From an uncultured Kiritimatiellota bacterium (GTDB lineage: Bacteria; Verrucomicrobiota; Kiritimatiellia; RFP12; DVOR01): a stretch of 64,000 nucleotides of DNA. The notes beneath the pieces are model-generated. The model saw only the letters and a list, made by a program, of their open reading frames with translations, was not told the DNA's origin and made no database searches. This document shows, piece after piece, positions 28,485-38,441 of this stretch. The translations under genes were made by a program, and so were the position numbers. Position 1 is the first letter of the stretch. Every line of letters begins with the position of its first letter. The stretch spans positions 28,922 to 92,921 of the forward strand of contig CALXSF010000005.1 in assembly GCA_944391055.1 (NCBI GenBank), given 5' to 3'.

Positions 28485-30626
28485 TCACTTCGTCTCGCCG
28501 GGCGACCACTCATCGGTGATGGGGCCTCGGCGGCCGGGGGCGTAGATGGGCCGGGCGGTGATGGGGGCCGCGTGGTGGCTCTCGGAGCCGTCGCGCGGGC
28601 CGTCGGCCTGGGTGCGGGCCCACCGCTGCGCCACGGGTTTGGGGCGGCGCGGGGGCTTGTCGGCGGCGGGGCGCGCCTCCTCGCGGCGGCCCTCGCCGCG
28701 GGGGCGGAAGCGGGGCTCGCGGACGGGGCGGATGTCCTGCTTGGCGGGCGCGGGCGCGGGCTCCTTGGCCTCGGGGGCCGCGTCCTTGGCCTCGGGGGCG
28801 GGCGGCTCCTGCGCGGGGGCGGGGGCCTCGGCGGCCTCGGGGGCGGCGGGCGCGGGCTCGGCGCGCTCGCGGCGGTCGCGGCGGCGGCCGCGCGGCGCGG
28901 GGGCGGGCGGCTCGGCGAACATCCAGTCCTCGGGCATGGTGCACTTGAGCGGCTCGTTGATGTACGCCTCGATGTCGGGGATGATGAAGCTTTCGTCCTC
29001 GTCGGCGAAGGAGATGGCGGTGCCGGTGTGGCCGGCGCGGCCGGTGCGGCCGATGCGGTGGACGTAGTCCTCGGGCTCGTAGGGGAAGTCGTAGTTCACG
29101 ACGTAGGCGATGTCGTCGACGTGGATGCCGCGCCCGGCGACGTCGGTGGCCACGACGATGCGGATCTTCCCGGCGCGGAAGTCCTCGAGGATGCGCAGGC
29201 GCTTGACCTGGTTGACGTCGCCGGAGAGCACCTCGCAGGCGATGCCGCGGCGGCGGAGGTTCTCGGCGAGGCGCTCGGTGGTGAACTTGCGGTTGCAGAA
29301 GATGATGGTGCGGGCCTCGGGGTTGCGCGCCAGGTGGTTGTAGAGGAGGGTGAACTTCTCCTCGGCGCGGGCGATGTAGACGACCTGTCGGACGGTGTCG
29401 GTGGCGGGCTTGTCGGCCTCGATCTCCACACGCATGGGGTCGCGCATCCACATGGCGGCCAGGTTCATGACCGTGTCGTTGAGGGTGGCGGAATAGAGCA
29501 TCGTGCAGCGGTGGTCGCGGTCGGGCAGGCGGTTGACGATGGCGCGCACGTCGGGGATGAAGCCCATGTCGAGCATCCGGTCGGCCTCGTCGATGACCAG
29601 CGTGTCCACCTGCCGGAGGTCGACCACGTGGGCGCGCATGTAATCCTTCAGCCGCCCCGGGGTGGCCACCAAGAGATCCACGGGCGCCTCCTCCAGCTCG
29701 CGGCGCTGGCGGTCGTAGTCCATGCCGCCGTAGACGGCCAGGGAGCGGACGTCGCCGCAATACTTGCCCAGCGCCTCGGCGTCCTTGCAGATCTGGATGA
29801 CCAGCTCGCGCGTCGGCGCCAGGATGAGGGCGCGGGGCGTGCCGGGCTTCAGGTTGCGCTTCTCGGGCGTGCGGAGGTACCGCGTCAGCACGGCGATGAG
29901 GAAGGCCGCCGTCTTGCCCGTACCCGTCTGCGCGCGCCCCGCCACGTTCTTCCCCTCCAGGGCGAAGGCCAGCGACTGCGCCTGGATGGGCGTGCAGTAA
30001 CGGAAGCCCAGGTCGGCCACCGCGTGCAGGATCTCGCCCGGCAGGCCGAAGTCCACGAAGCGCTTCTTGCCTTCCTCCGGCGGCACGTCATAACTCGCCG
30101 GATCCCAGGCCGCGTGCGCCTCCGCGTACTCCTTCAGCTGCGCCTCCGTGAAGGCGCCGCCCGGGCGCGCGTGGCCGGCGGGGGTGTCCCTCGGCCCGCG
30201 CTCCGCGCGGTCGTCGCGGCCGCGTCCGCCGCGTCCCCTCCCGCCGCGGTCGCGGCGGCGCTCCCCGCGCCCCTCGCGCTCACGGCGCGGGGCGGCCTCC
30301 TGGGCCTCGGGCGCGGCGGGGGCCTCGGCGGCCGGCGCCTCCGGCGCGGGCCCCTCGCCGGGCTTGGCCGAACGCGAACGCACGGCGGGGCCGCGCCCCT
30401 CGCGCGCGCCTTCCGGGCGCGGGGCGCCCTCGCGGCGCTCGCCCTGCCGATTGCCCCCGCGGCCGCGGCCGCCGCGCCGGCGGCGGCGTTTGCGTTCCTC
30501 GCCGCCCTCGCGCGCCCCGTCCGCCTCCGGGCGCGGCGCCTGGGGTGCGCGCGCGGCCTGGGGCGCGCCGGCGGCGGCCCCGTCCTTCAGCCCGAGGGCT
30601 GACTTGATCTTGGAAAGAAGACCCAT
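28485..30626 (-). CDS. DEAD-box ATP-dependent RNA helicase with RG-rich N-terminal and basic/acidic C-terminal extensions
   Basis: Q-motif, AQTGTGKT (motif I), VIDEADRMLD (DEAD), SAT and HRIGRTGR (motif VI) all present. 713 aa. Confidence 0.85.
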   Translation of the reverse strand: MGLLSKIKSALGLKDGAAAGAPQAARAPQAPRPEADGAREGGEERKRRRRRGGRGRGGNRQGERREGAPRPEGAREGRGPAVRSRSAKPGEGPAPEAPAAEAPAAPEAQEAAPRREREGRGERRRDRGGRGRGGRGRDDRAERGPRDTPAGHARPGGAFTEAQLKEYAEAHAAWDPASYDVPPEEGKKRFVDFGLPGEILHAVADLGFRYCTPIQAQSLAFALEGKNVAGRAQTGTGKTAAFLIAVLTRYLRTPEKRNLKPGTPRALILAPTRELVIQICKDAEALGKYCGDVRSLAVYGGMDYDRQRRELEEAPVDLLVATPGRLKDYMRAHVVDLRQVDTLVIDEADRMLDMGFIPDVRAIVNRLPDRDHRCTMLYSATLNDTVMNLAAMWMRDPMRVEIEADKPATDTVRQVVYIARAEEKFTLLYNHLARNPEARTIIFCNRKFTTERLAENLRRRGIACEVLSGDVNQVKRLRILEDFRAGKIRIVVATDVAGRGIHVDDIAYVVNYDFPYEPEDYVHRIGRTGRAGHTGTAISFADEDESFIIPDIEAYINEPLKCTMPEDWMFAEPPAPAPRGRRRDRRERAEPAPAAPEAAEAPAPAQEPPAPEAKDAAPEAKEPAPAPAKQDIRPVREPRFRPRGEGRREEARPAADKPPRRPKPVAQRWARTQADGPRDGSESHHAAPITARPIYAPGRRGPITDEWSPGETK

Positions 30627-30699
30627 CTCGGCGTCCTCCTCTGCAAAGGTTTGGCCCAGGCTTAGGCGGCAAAGGCCGCCCGAGACTCCCGGGATAGGC

Positions 30700-30745
30700 G
30701 AAAAAGGGGCGACGTCCTCCTCTGAAGACGTCCGCCCCCCTTCGG
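30700..30745 (-). terminator. Candidate rho-independent terminator of the rplM-rpsI operon
   Basis: Minus strand reads ggggcggacgtcttcagaggaggacgtcgcccc followed by tttttc. Located about 40 nt downstream of the rpsI stop. Confidence 0.45.
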
Positions 30746-30782
30746 AAACCGCGCGGGGGAACGCCCCGCGCGGGGTTCGGGA

Positions 30783-31175
30783 TTAGCGCTTCGAGAACTG
30801 GAAGCGGGCGCGGGCGCCGCGCTGGCCGGGTTTCTTGCGCTCTTTCATGCGCGCGTCGCGCGTCAGGCAGCCGGCCTTCTTGAGCACCTCGCGGAGGTTG
30901 GCGTCGAGGCCGCAGAGGGCGCGGGAGAGGGCGTGACGCATGGCGCCGGCCTGGCCGGCGATGCCGCCGCCCTTGGCGGAGACGAGGACGTCGTACTTGC
31001 CCGCCAGGTCGGTCATCGCGAAGGGCTGGTTGATGTAGGCGCGCAGGGACTCGCTGGGGATGTAGCGCTCCACGTCCACGCCGTTGACCGTCCACTTGCC
31101 CGTGCCGGAGATGAGGCGCACGTGCGCCACGGCGGTTTTGCGGCGACCGGTCGCCTTGGAAAGTTCGTTGGCCAT
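30783..31175 (-). CDS. rpsI: 30S ribosomal protein S9
   Basis: Ends ...[10 protein letters not shown], the S9 C-terminal signature. AAGGAG RBS 8 nt upstream of ATG (MANELSK...). The ORF-track start at 31202 is a short upstream extension. Confidence 0.9.
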   Translation of the reverse strand: MANELSKATGRRKTAVAHVRLISGTGKWTVNGVDVERYIPSESLRAYINQPFAMTDLAGKYDVLVSAKGGGIAGQAGAMRHALSRALCGLDANLREVLKKAGCLTRDARMKERKKPGQRGARARFQFSKR

Positions 31176-31201
31176 AACTTGAAAGCTCCTTTCGCGCGAC
31201 A

Positions 31202-31636
31202 TCAGATGCTCAGCGGCTCAGGCTTCTGGGCCGCGTGCGGGTGCTCGGCGCCCGCGTAGACTTTCAGGCGGGTCATGCGGATGTCCGCCGTGTTGTTCTT
31301 GGGGAGCATCCCCCAGACCGCGTGCTCGATGAGGCGCTCGGGGTTGCGCTCGCGGACGACGGAGGCGGGGGTCTTGGTCTGGCCGCCGCGCCACCCGGTG
31401 AAGTCCACGTACTGCTTCTGCTCGTTCTTCTTGCCCGTGAGCGCCACTTTCTGGGCGTTCACGACGATCACGAAGGCGCCCGTGTCCACCGACGGCGCGT
31501 AATCCGCGCGGTCTTTGCCGCGCAGCGCGTTGGCGACCTTCACGGCCAAGCGGCCGAGCGGCTTGTCCGCAGCGTCCACGATGTACCACTTGCGGCTGTT
31601 GTTGTCGGGCAACTCAGGGAGAGTCGTCTTGGTCAT
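31202..31636 (-). CDS. rplM: 50S ribosomal protein L13
   Basis: [31 protein letters not shown]... matches L13. 144 aa. The 232-aa ORF-track version extends into the 5' leader. Confidence 0.9.
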   Translation of the reverse strand: MTKTTLPELPDNNSRKWYIVDAADKPLGRLAVKVANALRGKDRADYAPSVDTGAFVIVVNAQKVALTGKKNEQKQYVDFTGWRGGQTKTPASVVRERNPERLIEHAVWGMLPKNNTADIRMTRLKVYAGAEHPHAAQKPEPLSI

Positions 31637-31863
31637 TGTCGTATACCCTGTCTTGTTGGTTCGTGCGCCTTGTCGGCCCGCCTTCGACGATCCGGAGGGC
31701 TTGGGCGCCCGTCGTGCGCGGGTTCTGCCGGGGCGGGGCACCAGGGAGTCTCGCGTGTCCCGCCAATCCCGCGCACAAGTCCCCATAAAATAGCACAATC
31801 GCCCGACGCATTGCAACCGCCCCGCCGCAGGTCGCATAAACGGATGGGCGCGGGGGCGGGGAA

Positions 31864-31900
31864 CGTGTTTGCGGGCCTCGTTTCCCGGACCGCGCCGCAA
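31864..31900. repeat. Dispersed copy of a 36-bp core motif (AACGTGTTTGCGGGCCTCGTTTCCCGGACCGCGCCG) shared with the rpoD-region tandem array
   Basis: About 34/36 identity to the cores at 51590, 51851, 51961 and 52071. It lies between the divergent rplM and gmd promoters. Confidence 0.5.
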
Positions 31901-31943
31901 GTCCCCCCGGACCGCGCCGCATCCCGGCCCCGGGGCGGGCGGT

Positions 31944-31974
31944 TTGCGCGGGGTGGGGCGATTGGGCTATAATG
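31944..31974 (+). promoter_or_regulatory. Candidate gmd promoter (-10 TATAAT at 31969-31974)
   Basis: gggctataatgg, then RBS AAGGAG at 31993-31998 and ATG at 32009. Weak -35-like TTGCGC about 19 bp upstream. Confidence 0.45.
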
Positions 31975-32008
31975 GCGGGGTATTCGGTTCATAAGGAGAA
32001 GAGGCTGT

Positions 32009-33043
32009 ATGGCAAAGACCGCATTCATCACGGGCATCACGGGACAGGACGGGTCGTATCTGGCGGAGCTGCTGTTGGGGAAGGGTTATGAGGTGCATGG
32101 GCTGATCCGCCGTTCCTCCAGCTTCAACACGCAGCGCATCGACCATCTTTACCAGGACCCGCACGAGGCGGGGGCGAGGCTTCACCTGCATTACGGCGAC
32201 GTGACGGACGCCGGGGGCCTCTGCCGCCTGATCTACGAGACCCAGCCCGACGAGGTCTATCATCTGGCGGCGCAGAGCCATGTGCGCGTCTCCTTCGACG
32301 CGCCGGACTACACCGGCGACGTGGTGGCGCTGGGCACGATGCGTCTGCTGGAGGCCATCCGCCTGACGGGGATGGGCAAGAAGACGCGCTTTTACCAGGC
32401 CTCGACCTCCGAGCTTTTCGGCAAGGTGCAGGAGGTGCCGCAGCGGGAGACGACGCCGTTCTACCCGCGTTCGCCTTACGCGGTGGCGAAGCTCTACGGC
32501 TTCTGGGCGGTGAAGAACTATCGCGAGGCGTACGGCCTCTTCGCCTCCAACGGCATCCTCTTCAACCACGAGAGCCCGCGCCGCGGCCCCACCTTCGTCA
32601 CGCGCAAGATCACCATGGCCGCCGCGCGCATCAAGCTGGGGATGCAGGAGAAGCTCTATCTCGGCAACGTGAACGCCTTGCGCGACTGGGGCTTCGCCGG
32701 CGACTACGTGGAGGGCATGTGGCGCATCCTCCAGCACGAGCGCGCGGACGACTTTGTCCTGGCCACGGGCGAGATGCACTCCGTCAAGGAGTTCTGCCAG
32801 GAGGCCTTCGGCCTGCTGGGCATGGACTGGGAGCGTTACGTGGCGCACGACCCGCGCTACGACCGCCCCGCCGAGGTGGAGCAGCTGCTGGGCGACCCCT
32901 CCAAGGCCCGCCGCGAGCTGGGCTGGGAGCCGAAGGTCACCTTCAAGGCGTTGGTGCGGATGATGGTGGAGGCCGACCTGGCCGTGGCGCGCCAGGAGGC
33001 CGCCGCCGCCAAGGAGGGCCGCGTCATCGAGCGCGCGGAGTGA
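32009..33043 (+). CDS. gmd: GDP-mannose 4,6-dehydratase
   Basis: [48 protein letters not shown]... is near-canonical Gmd. 344 aa. Confidence 0.9.
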   Translation: MAKTAFITGITGQDGSYLAELLLGKGYEVHGLIRRSSSFNTQRIDHLYQDPHEAGARLHLHYGDVTDAGGLCRLIYETQPDEVYHLAAQSHVRVSFDAPDYTGDVVALGTMRLLEAIRLTGMGKKTRFYQASTSELFGKVQEVPQRETTPFYPRSPYAVAKLYGFWAVKNYREAYGLFASNGILFNHESPRRGPTFVTRKITMAAARIKLGMQEKLYLGNVNALRDWGFAGDYVEGMWRILQHERADDFVLATGEMHSVKEFCQEAFGLLGMDWERYVAHDPRYDRPAEVEQLLGDPSKARRELGWEPKVTFKALVRMMVEADLAVARQEAAAAKEGRVIERAE

Positions 33044-33045
33044 CC

Positions 33046-33999
33046 ATGGACACGACGCAGACCTTTTACGTGGCCGGGCACCGCGGCATGGTGGGCTCGG
33101 CGGTGGTGCGGGCCCTCCGGCGGCGCGGGTGCGGGCGCATCCTCACGGCGACGCACCGGGAGCTGGATTTGACGGATCAGGCGGCGACGCGCGCGTGGTT
33201 CGCCGCCAACCGGCCCGACGTGGCCGTCATCGCCGCCGCGCGCGTGGGGGGCATCGGCGCGAACAGCGCGGCCAACGCCACCTTCCTCATCGAGAACCTG
33301 CTCATCGCGGCCAACACCGTCGAGGCCGCCTTCCGCGCGGGCGTGCGCCGTCTGCTCTTTTTGGGCTCCTCGTGCATCTACCCGCGCCTGGCGCCCCAGC
33401 CCATCCCGGAGGGCGCGCTCCTTTCGGGCCCCTTGGAGAAGACCAACGAGGGCTACGCCCTGGCCAAGATCGCGGGACTCAAGCTCTGCGAGTTCTACCG
33501 CCGCGACTTCGGCGCGCTCTACCATTCGCTCATGCCCACCAACCTTTACGGCACGGGCGACAACTACGACGTCGTGGGGGGGCACGTCCTGCCCACGATG
33601 ATCCGCAAGTTCGAGCTTGCCCGCACCAACGGCGACGCCTTCGTCGACCTGTGGGGCACCGGCACGCCCCTGCGCGAGTTCCTCCATGTGGACGACCTCG
33701 CCGAGGCCTGCCTCCACGCGCTGGATTTGGACGACCCGCCCGACCTGATGAACGTCGGCTCCGGCCGCGAGGTCTCCATCCGCCAGCTTGCCGAGATGGT
33801 CCGCGCCGCCACCGGCTGCCGGGCTGAGATCCGCTGGGACGCCTCGAAGCCCGACGGCACCCCGCGCAAGCTCTGCGATTCCACCCTCCTGCGGTCGCTC
33901 GGCTGGGAGCCGAGGATCGATTTGGAGGCCGGCATCGCCCGCACCGTCGCCGAATACCGCGAGGCCCTCGCCTCCGGCGACATCCGTTTGGGGCATTGA
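33046..33999 (+). CDS. fcl: GDP-L-fucose synthase (GDP-4-keto-6-deoxy-D-mannose-3,5-epimerase-4-reductase)
   Basis: YVAGHRGMVGSAVVRAL... Rossmann N-terminus and a YxxxK-containing SDR core (NEGYALAKIAGLKLCEFY). Immediately downstream of gmd. The ORF-track start at 32719 is an overlap artifact. Confidence 0.85.
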   Translation: MDTTQTFYVAGHRGMVGSAVVRALRRRGCGRILTATHRELDLTDQAATRAWFAANRPDVAVIAAARVGGIGANSAANATFLIENLLIAANTVEAAFRAGVRRLLFLGSSCIYPRLAPQPIPEGALLSGPLEKTNEGYALAKIAGLKLCEFYRRDFGALYHSLMPTNLYGTGDNYDVVGGHVLPTMIRKFELARTNGDAFVDLWGTGTPLREFLHVDDLAEACLHALDLDDPPDLMNVGSGREVSIRQLAEMVRAATGCRAEIRWDASKPDGTPRKLCDSTLLRSLGWEPRIDLEAGIARTVAEYREALASGDIRLGH

Positions 34000-34019
34000 G
34001 GGGCAGGAAGGAGGCGCCG

Positions 34020-34457
34020 ATGGAATTGGCCGTGGTTTGGTTGATCGCCGGGCTGGTGCTCATGCTGCTGGAGTTCGTGATCCCCGGCTTCGTCATCGTC
34101 TTCTTTGGGCTGGGCGGGCTGATCACGGGCGTGGCCGTCTGGCTCATCCCCGCCGTCGGGGGCTCCCTCGTGGCGCAGGGGCTCTGCTTCGCCGTCGCCT
34201 CCGTGCTGACGTTGGTGGTGGGGCGGCGCTGCTTCCGCAACCTGCTGGGCGGCAAACGCGCCGCGCCGGCGATCGACGCCGACGACGACGGCTTCGTCGG
34301 CTCGGCCGTGGTGGTCTCGGAGGCCATCCGCCCGCCGCTCGCCGGCCGCGTCACCCTCAATGGCGCGGAATGGGCCGCCGTCTCCGACCGCCCCATCGAG
34401 AAGGGCGCGACGGTCCGCGTCGTCGCCCGCGACAACATCACCCTCACCGTCCGCTGA
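34020..34457 (+). CDS. NfeD-family membrane protein (short form, OB-fold C-terminus), partner of the SPFH protein
   Basis: RBS GGAGG upstream of ATG (MELAVVWLIAGLVLMLLEF...). Two TM helices plus a C-terminal beta domain. Followed by a stomatin-like gene. Confidence 0.65.
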   Translation: MELAVVWLIAGLVLMLLEFVIPGFVIVFFGLGGLITGVAVWLIPAVGGSLVAQGLCFAVASVLTLVVGRRCFRNLLGGKRAAPAIDADDDGFVGSAVVVSEAIRPPLAGRVTLNGAEWAAVSDRPIEKGATVRVVARDNITLTVR

Positions 34458-34489
34458 AACCCTCCCGAAAACCCGAAAGGAACCCCGCC

Positions 34490-35407
34490 ATGACGCTCCC
34501 GGCAATCCTGATCCTCGTCCTCATCGTGGTGGTCGTCGTCACCATCTTCAAGACGGCCGTCGTCGTGCCGCAGCGCTCGGCCTACATCGTCGAGCGCCTC
34601 GGCAAGTACAACGCCACCCTGGAGGCCGGCTTCCACATCCTCATGCCCTTCCTCGACCGCGTGGCCTACAAGCGCACCCTCAAGGAGACCCCGCTCGACG
34701 TGCCGCCCCAGCAGTGCATCACCAAGGACAACATCACCGTCGAGGTCGACGGCATCATCTACCTCCAGGTGATGGATCCGGTCAAGGCCTCCTACGGCAT
34801 CGACAACTACCTCATCGCCACCACCCAGCTGGCCCAGACCACCATGCGCTCGGAGATCGGCAAGCTCGAGCTCGACACCATCTTCAACGTGCGCGAGACC
34901 ATGAACGCCGCCATCTGCAACGCCGTCGACACCGCCGCCAACCCCTGGGGCGTCAAGGTCATGCGCTACGAGATCAAGTCCATCACCCCGCCCCGCGCCA
35001 TCCATGACGCCATGGAGAAGCAAATGCGCGCCGAGCGCGAGAAGCGCGCCATGATCGCCGAGTCCGAGGGCGAGCGCCAGGCCAAGATCAACCGCGCCGA
35101 GGGCGACAAGCAGGAGGCCATCGCCCGCTCCGAGGGCGAGATGCAGCGCCGCATCAACGAGGCCCAGGGCCGCGCCCGGGAGATCCAGCTCGTCGCCGAG
35201 GCCACCGCCTCCGGCCTCGCCGCCATCGCCCAATCCATCAGCAACAACGCCGGCGGCATCGAGGCCGTCAACCTCCGCCTCGCCGAGCAGTACCTCACCG
35301 AGTTCGGCAAACTGGCCAAGGAGGGCAACACCATGATCCTCCCCTCCAACCTCACCGACATCGCCTCCGTCATCAAGGTGGCCACCTCCGCCGTCAAGAA
35401 GTCGTGA
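34490..35407 (+). CDS. SPFH/band-7 (stomatin/HflC-like) domain protein
   Basis: N-terminal TM ([18 protein letters not shown]). SPFH core ([34 protein letters not shown]...) and a C-terminal coiled coil. Start inferred at MTLPAIL; the longer ORF-track version is a frame extension. Confidence 0.8.
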   Translation: MTLPAILILVLIVVVVVTIFKTAVVVPQRSAYIVERLGKYNATLEAGFHILMPFLDRVAYKRTLKETPLDVPPQQCITKDNITVEVDGIIYLQVMDPVKASYGIDNYLIATTQLAQTTMRSEIGKLELDTIFNVRETMNAAICNAVDTAANPWGVKVMRYEIKSITPPRAIHDAMEKQMRAEREKRAMIAESEGERQAKINRAEGDKQEAIARSEGEMQRRINEAQGRAREIQLVAEATASGLAAIAQSISNNAGGIEAVNLRLAEQYLTEFGKLAKEGNTMILPSNLTDIASVIKVATSAVKKS

Positions 35408-36075
35408 GCGGCGCCGCGCAGCCCCCTTACGCCTTCCGGGACCCGGCGCTCCTGCGCCGGGCCCTTGCCGTCCCGGAGCCCAACCGCCGGACGCCCGACA
35501 ACCAACGCCTGGAGTTCCTGGGCGACGCCGTCCTCGAGCTCCTCGTCTCCGAACGCCTCTACGCCCTCCACCCCGCCGCCGACGAGGGGCGGCTCACCGC
35601 CATGCGCGCCGCCCTCGTCTCCACCGCCGCCCTCCTCGCCCGCCTCCCGCGCCTGGGCGCCTGGTTCGAGGCCGCCTTCGCGCGCTGCGACGAGGCCGCC
35701 TACCACAACCTCGGCAAGGCCCGGGTCGACGCCTTCGAGGCCGTGGTCGGCGCGGCGTGGCTCGACGGCGGCCGCGCGGCCGCCGAACGTTTCCTGGACG
35801 CCCTCTACCGCGAGGAGGACTTCCGCTCCGAGCTGGTCTGCGCCGACGCGGAGGGGAACCCCAAGGGCGCCCTCCAAGCCTTCGCCCAGCGCCGCCATCT
35901 GCCGCTGCCCGCCTATCGCGTCCTGGGCCAGACGGGGCCGACCCACGCCCCCAGCTTCCGCGTCGCCGTCCGGTGCGCCGGCCTCGACGCCGAGGCCGGC
36001 GGCCCCTCCCTCAAAAAGGCCGAGGCCGCCGCCGCGCGGGCCCTCCTGGCCCGCCTCTCCGAGGAGAAGCCATGA
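35404..36075 (+). CDS. rnc: Ribonuclease III
   Basis: RNase III signature [13 protein letters not shown] and a C-terminal dsRBD ([21 protein letters not shown]...). Start codon is probably GTG at 35404. Confidence 0.85.
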   Translation: MSGAAQPPYAFRDPALLRRALAVPEPNRRTPDNQRLEFLGDAVLELLVSERLYALHPAADEGRLTAMRAALVSTAALLARLPRLGAWFEAAFARCDEAAYHNLGKARVDAFEAVVGAAWLDGGRAAAERFLDALYREEDFRSELVCADAEGNPKGALQAFAQRRHLPLPAYRVLGQTGPTHAPSFRVAVRCAGLDAEAGGPSLKKAEAAAARALLARLSEEKP

Positions 36076-36905
36076 ACGACTACGAACTTCTGGACAGCGG
36101 CGGGGGCGCCAAACTCGAGCGCTTCGGCGCCGTCGTCCTCGCCCGCCCCTGCGCGCAGGCCGTCTGGCAGCCCCAGCGCCCCGATCGCTGGAAGGCCGCC
36201 GACGCCACCTTCGACCGCGAGGAGGGCAACCGCTGGCACGGCCGCGCCCGCCTCCCCAAGGAATGGGCCATCGACGTCGACGGCACCCGCTTCCGCCTCT
36301 CCGGCACCGACTTCGGGCACCTGGGCATCTTCCCCGAGCAGCGCGCCCAATGGGCCTGGATCCGCGCGCGCGTCGCCGCCGCGCCCCGCCCCGTCCGCGT
36401 CCTCAACCTCTTCGCCTACTCCGGCGGCTCCACCCTCGCCGCCGCCCGAGCCGGCGCGGAGGTCTGCCATCTCGACGCCTCCAAGGGCATGGTGCAGTGG
36501 GCCCGCGCCAACGCCGACCTCAACGGCCTCGCCGAGCGCCCCATCCGCTGGATCGTCGACGACGCCCACAAGTTCCTCAACCGCGAGATCCGCCGCGGCC
36601 GCCGCTACGACGGCATCATCCTGGACCCGCCCACCTACGGCCGCGGCGGCAACGGCGAGACCTACAAGATCGAGCGCGACCTCACCGAGACCCTCCGCCT
36701 CTGCCGCGCGCTCCTCTCCGAGGCCCCCCGCTTCCTCCTTCTCTCCGCCCACACCCCCGGCCACACCCCCGTCGTCCTCGCCAACGTCCTCGCGCAGGCC
36801 CTCCGCGGCCTCCCCGGCGCCATCGAGTCCGGCGAGATGCTGCTGACCGGCGCGCCGGACGTCCTCCCCCTCCCCTCCGGGGCCTACGCGCGGTGGCAGC
36901 CATGA
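36072..36905 (+). CDS. Class I SAM-dependent methyltransferase, rRNA m5C/m2G methyltransferase-like (RlmI/RlmK-type catalytic domain)
   Basis: SAM-binding [16 protein letters not shown] and catalytic [10 protein letters not shown] motifs. ATG overlaps the rnc stop. Start is inside the ORF-track ORF 35757..36905. Confidence 0.6.
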   Translation: MNDYELLDSGGGAKLERFGAVVLARPCAQAVWQPQRPDRWKAADATFDREEGNRWHGRARLPKEWAIDVDGTRFRLSGTDFGHLGIFPEQRAQWAWIRARVAAAPRPVRVLNLFAYSGGSTLAAARAGAEVCHLDASKGMVQWARANADLNGLAERPIRWIVDDAHKFLNREIRRGRRYDGIILDPPTYGRGGNGETYKIERDLTETLRLCRALLSEAPRFLLLSAHTPGHTPVVLANVLAQALRGLPGAIESGEMLLTGAPDVLPLPSGAYARWQP

Positions 36906-38347
36906 GCCGGCGCGCCTTCCTTGCCCTTGCGGCGCTCGCCGCCGGGTTCGCCCCCGGCGCCGTCACCCTCCGTCCCGACTATGCCGGGCTCACCGTCCCC
37001 CCGAACATCGCCCCCCTCAACTTCGACGTCCAAGGCGTCCCCGACGACGCCACCGTCACCCTCTCCAACGGCACGGAGACGCGCGATTTCGGCCCCCGCG
37101 TCCGCGTCCCCCCCGCCTTCTGGCGCCGCCTGCTCCAGGCCCCGGCCTACACCGTCACCGTCCGCGACGGCGGCCGCACCCTTTTCTGCGCCACCAACAC
37201 CGTCGCCCGGGAGGCCATCGACCCCGTCCTGGCCTACCGCCTCATCCCGCCCAGCTACGAGAACTACCAGGGCATGGGCCTTTGGTGGCGCGACCTCACC
37301 ACCTTCCGCGAGCACCCGCTCTACACCAATCTCCAATCCTCCCCCACCCAGTGCGTCAATTGCCACGCCTTCAACCAAGGCGACCCCGACACGCTCCTCT
37401 TCCACCTCCGCGCCGAGAACCCCGGCACGCTCATCTACGCCGGCAAGGGCGACCCCGGCCGCAAGCGCGACTTCAAGGGCGGCCCCTTCTTCGCCTCGGG
37501 CGTCTATCCCGCCTGGCACCCCTCCGGCGATTTCGTCGCCTTCTCCGTCAATGACACTATGCAGGTCTTCTACTACGCCAACCCCGACAAGGTCGAGGTC
37601 CTCGACACCCGCAGCGACATGCTGCTCTACGACCTGCGCGCCGACGCCGCCATCCCCATCGAGACGAACCCCCTCCTCTTCGACTGCTTCCCCGCCTGGT
37701 CGCCCGACGGCAAGACCCTCTATTCCGTCGCCGCCCAGCCGCCTTTCCCCTCCATCCCCGACGACAAGGACGCGCGCGGCGCCCAGGCCGTCAATGGCTA
37801 TACGAACCTGTGCTACAACCTCATCGCCCGGGAGTTCGACCCCGGCCGCCGCGCCTTCTCCAAGCCCCGCGTCGTCCTCAACGTCTCGGACTCCCACCGC
37901 TCCGTCACCCTCCCCCGCGTCTCCCCCGACGGCCGCTGGCTTGTCTTCTCCCTCGGCCCCCAAGGCGTCTTCCACGTCTGGCACAAAGCCTCCGACCTCT
38001 GGATCCTCGACCTCCGGGAGCGCGCCTTCCGCCCCCTCTCCGAGCTCAACTCCCCCGATTCCGAGAGCTACCACGCCTTCTCCTCCAACGGCGCCTGGAT
38101 GGTCTTCTCCTCCCGCCGCGACGACGGCGCCTACACGCGCCCCTACATCGCCCACTTCGACCCCGCCACCGGCCGCTTCGGCAAGCCCTTCATCCTCCCC
38201 CAGGAGGAGCCCGCCCACCACGACCGCCGGATGCTCTCCTACAACGTCCCCGAGTTCGCCAAGGCCCCGCCCTCCCGCTCGCCCCGGGAGCTCCGCCGCC
38301 TCGCCGAGCGCCCCGCCGCCAAACCCGCCTTCCCCGCCAAGCCCTGA
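36902..38347 (+). CDS. Secreted TolB-like beta-propeller (PD40/WD40-like repeats) protein
   Basis: Signal peptide with Tat-like RRAFL. PD40-type repeats ([31 protein letters not shown]). The 960-aa ORF-track frame 35465..38347 is an artifact; the start is inferred at ATG 36902 overlapping the previous stop. Confidence 0.6.
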   Translation: MSRRAFLALAALAAGFAPGAVTLRPDYAGLTVPPNIAPLNFDVQGVPDDATVTLSNGTETRDFGPRVRVPPAFWRRLLQAPAYTVTVRDGGRTLFCATNTVAREAIDPVLAYRLIPPSYENYQGMGLWWRDLTTFREHPLYTNLQSSPTQCVNCHAFNQGDPDTLLFHLRAENPGTLIYAGKGDPGRKRDFKGGPFFASGVYPAWHPSGDFVAFSVNDTMQVFYYANPDKVEVLDTRSDMLLYDLRADAAIPIETNPLLFDCFPAWSPDGKTLYSVAAQPPFPSIPDDKDARGAQAVNGYTNLCYNLIAREFDPGRRAFSKPRVVLNVSDSHRSVTLPRVSPDGRWLVFSLGPQGVFHVWHKASDLWILDLRERAFRPLSELNSPDSESYHAFSSNGAWMVFSSRRDDGAYTRPYIAHFDPATGRFGKPFILPQEEPAHHDRRMLSYNVPEFAKAPPSRSPRELRRLAERPAAKPAFPAKP

Positions 38348-38354
38348 GCCGCGC

Positions 38355-38415
38355 CCGCCCGCCCCGCGTGGGCGGGGCGCGGACGAGAAAGGCGCGGGCG
38401 AAAGCCCGCGCCGGG
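38355..38415. terminator. GC-rich hairpins between convergent genes (candidate bidirectional terminators)
   Basis: cccgccccgcgtgggcggggcg and ggcgcgggcgaaagcccgcgcc stem-loops. No strong T-run, so weak. Confidence 0.35.
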
Positions 38416-38441
38416 ATGGGTGATGGAATTGTGGGGAAGGG

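Noticed and set aside
30765-30795. tRNA-like T-loop-ish string (gcggggttcgggatt) near the rpsI 3' end
   Set aside because: No complementary acceptor stem, no anticodon arm, and no ~75-nt cloverleaf can be drawn. The region is better explained as the terminator/promoter area of flanking genes.
35465-38347. 960-aa single ORF spanning the rnc / methyltransferase / TolB-like region
   Set aside because: It is a frame that runs through three real genes. Each real gene has its own conserved motifs, a start codon overlapping the previous stop and a distinct reading frame. The long ORF's translation is Pro/Arg-rich nonsense upstream of 36902.
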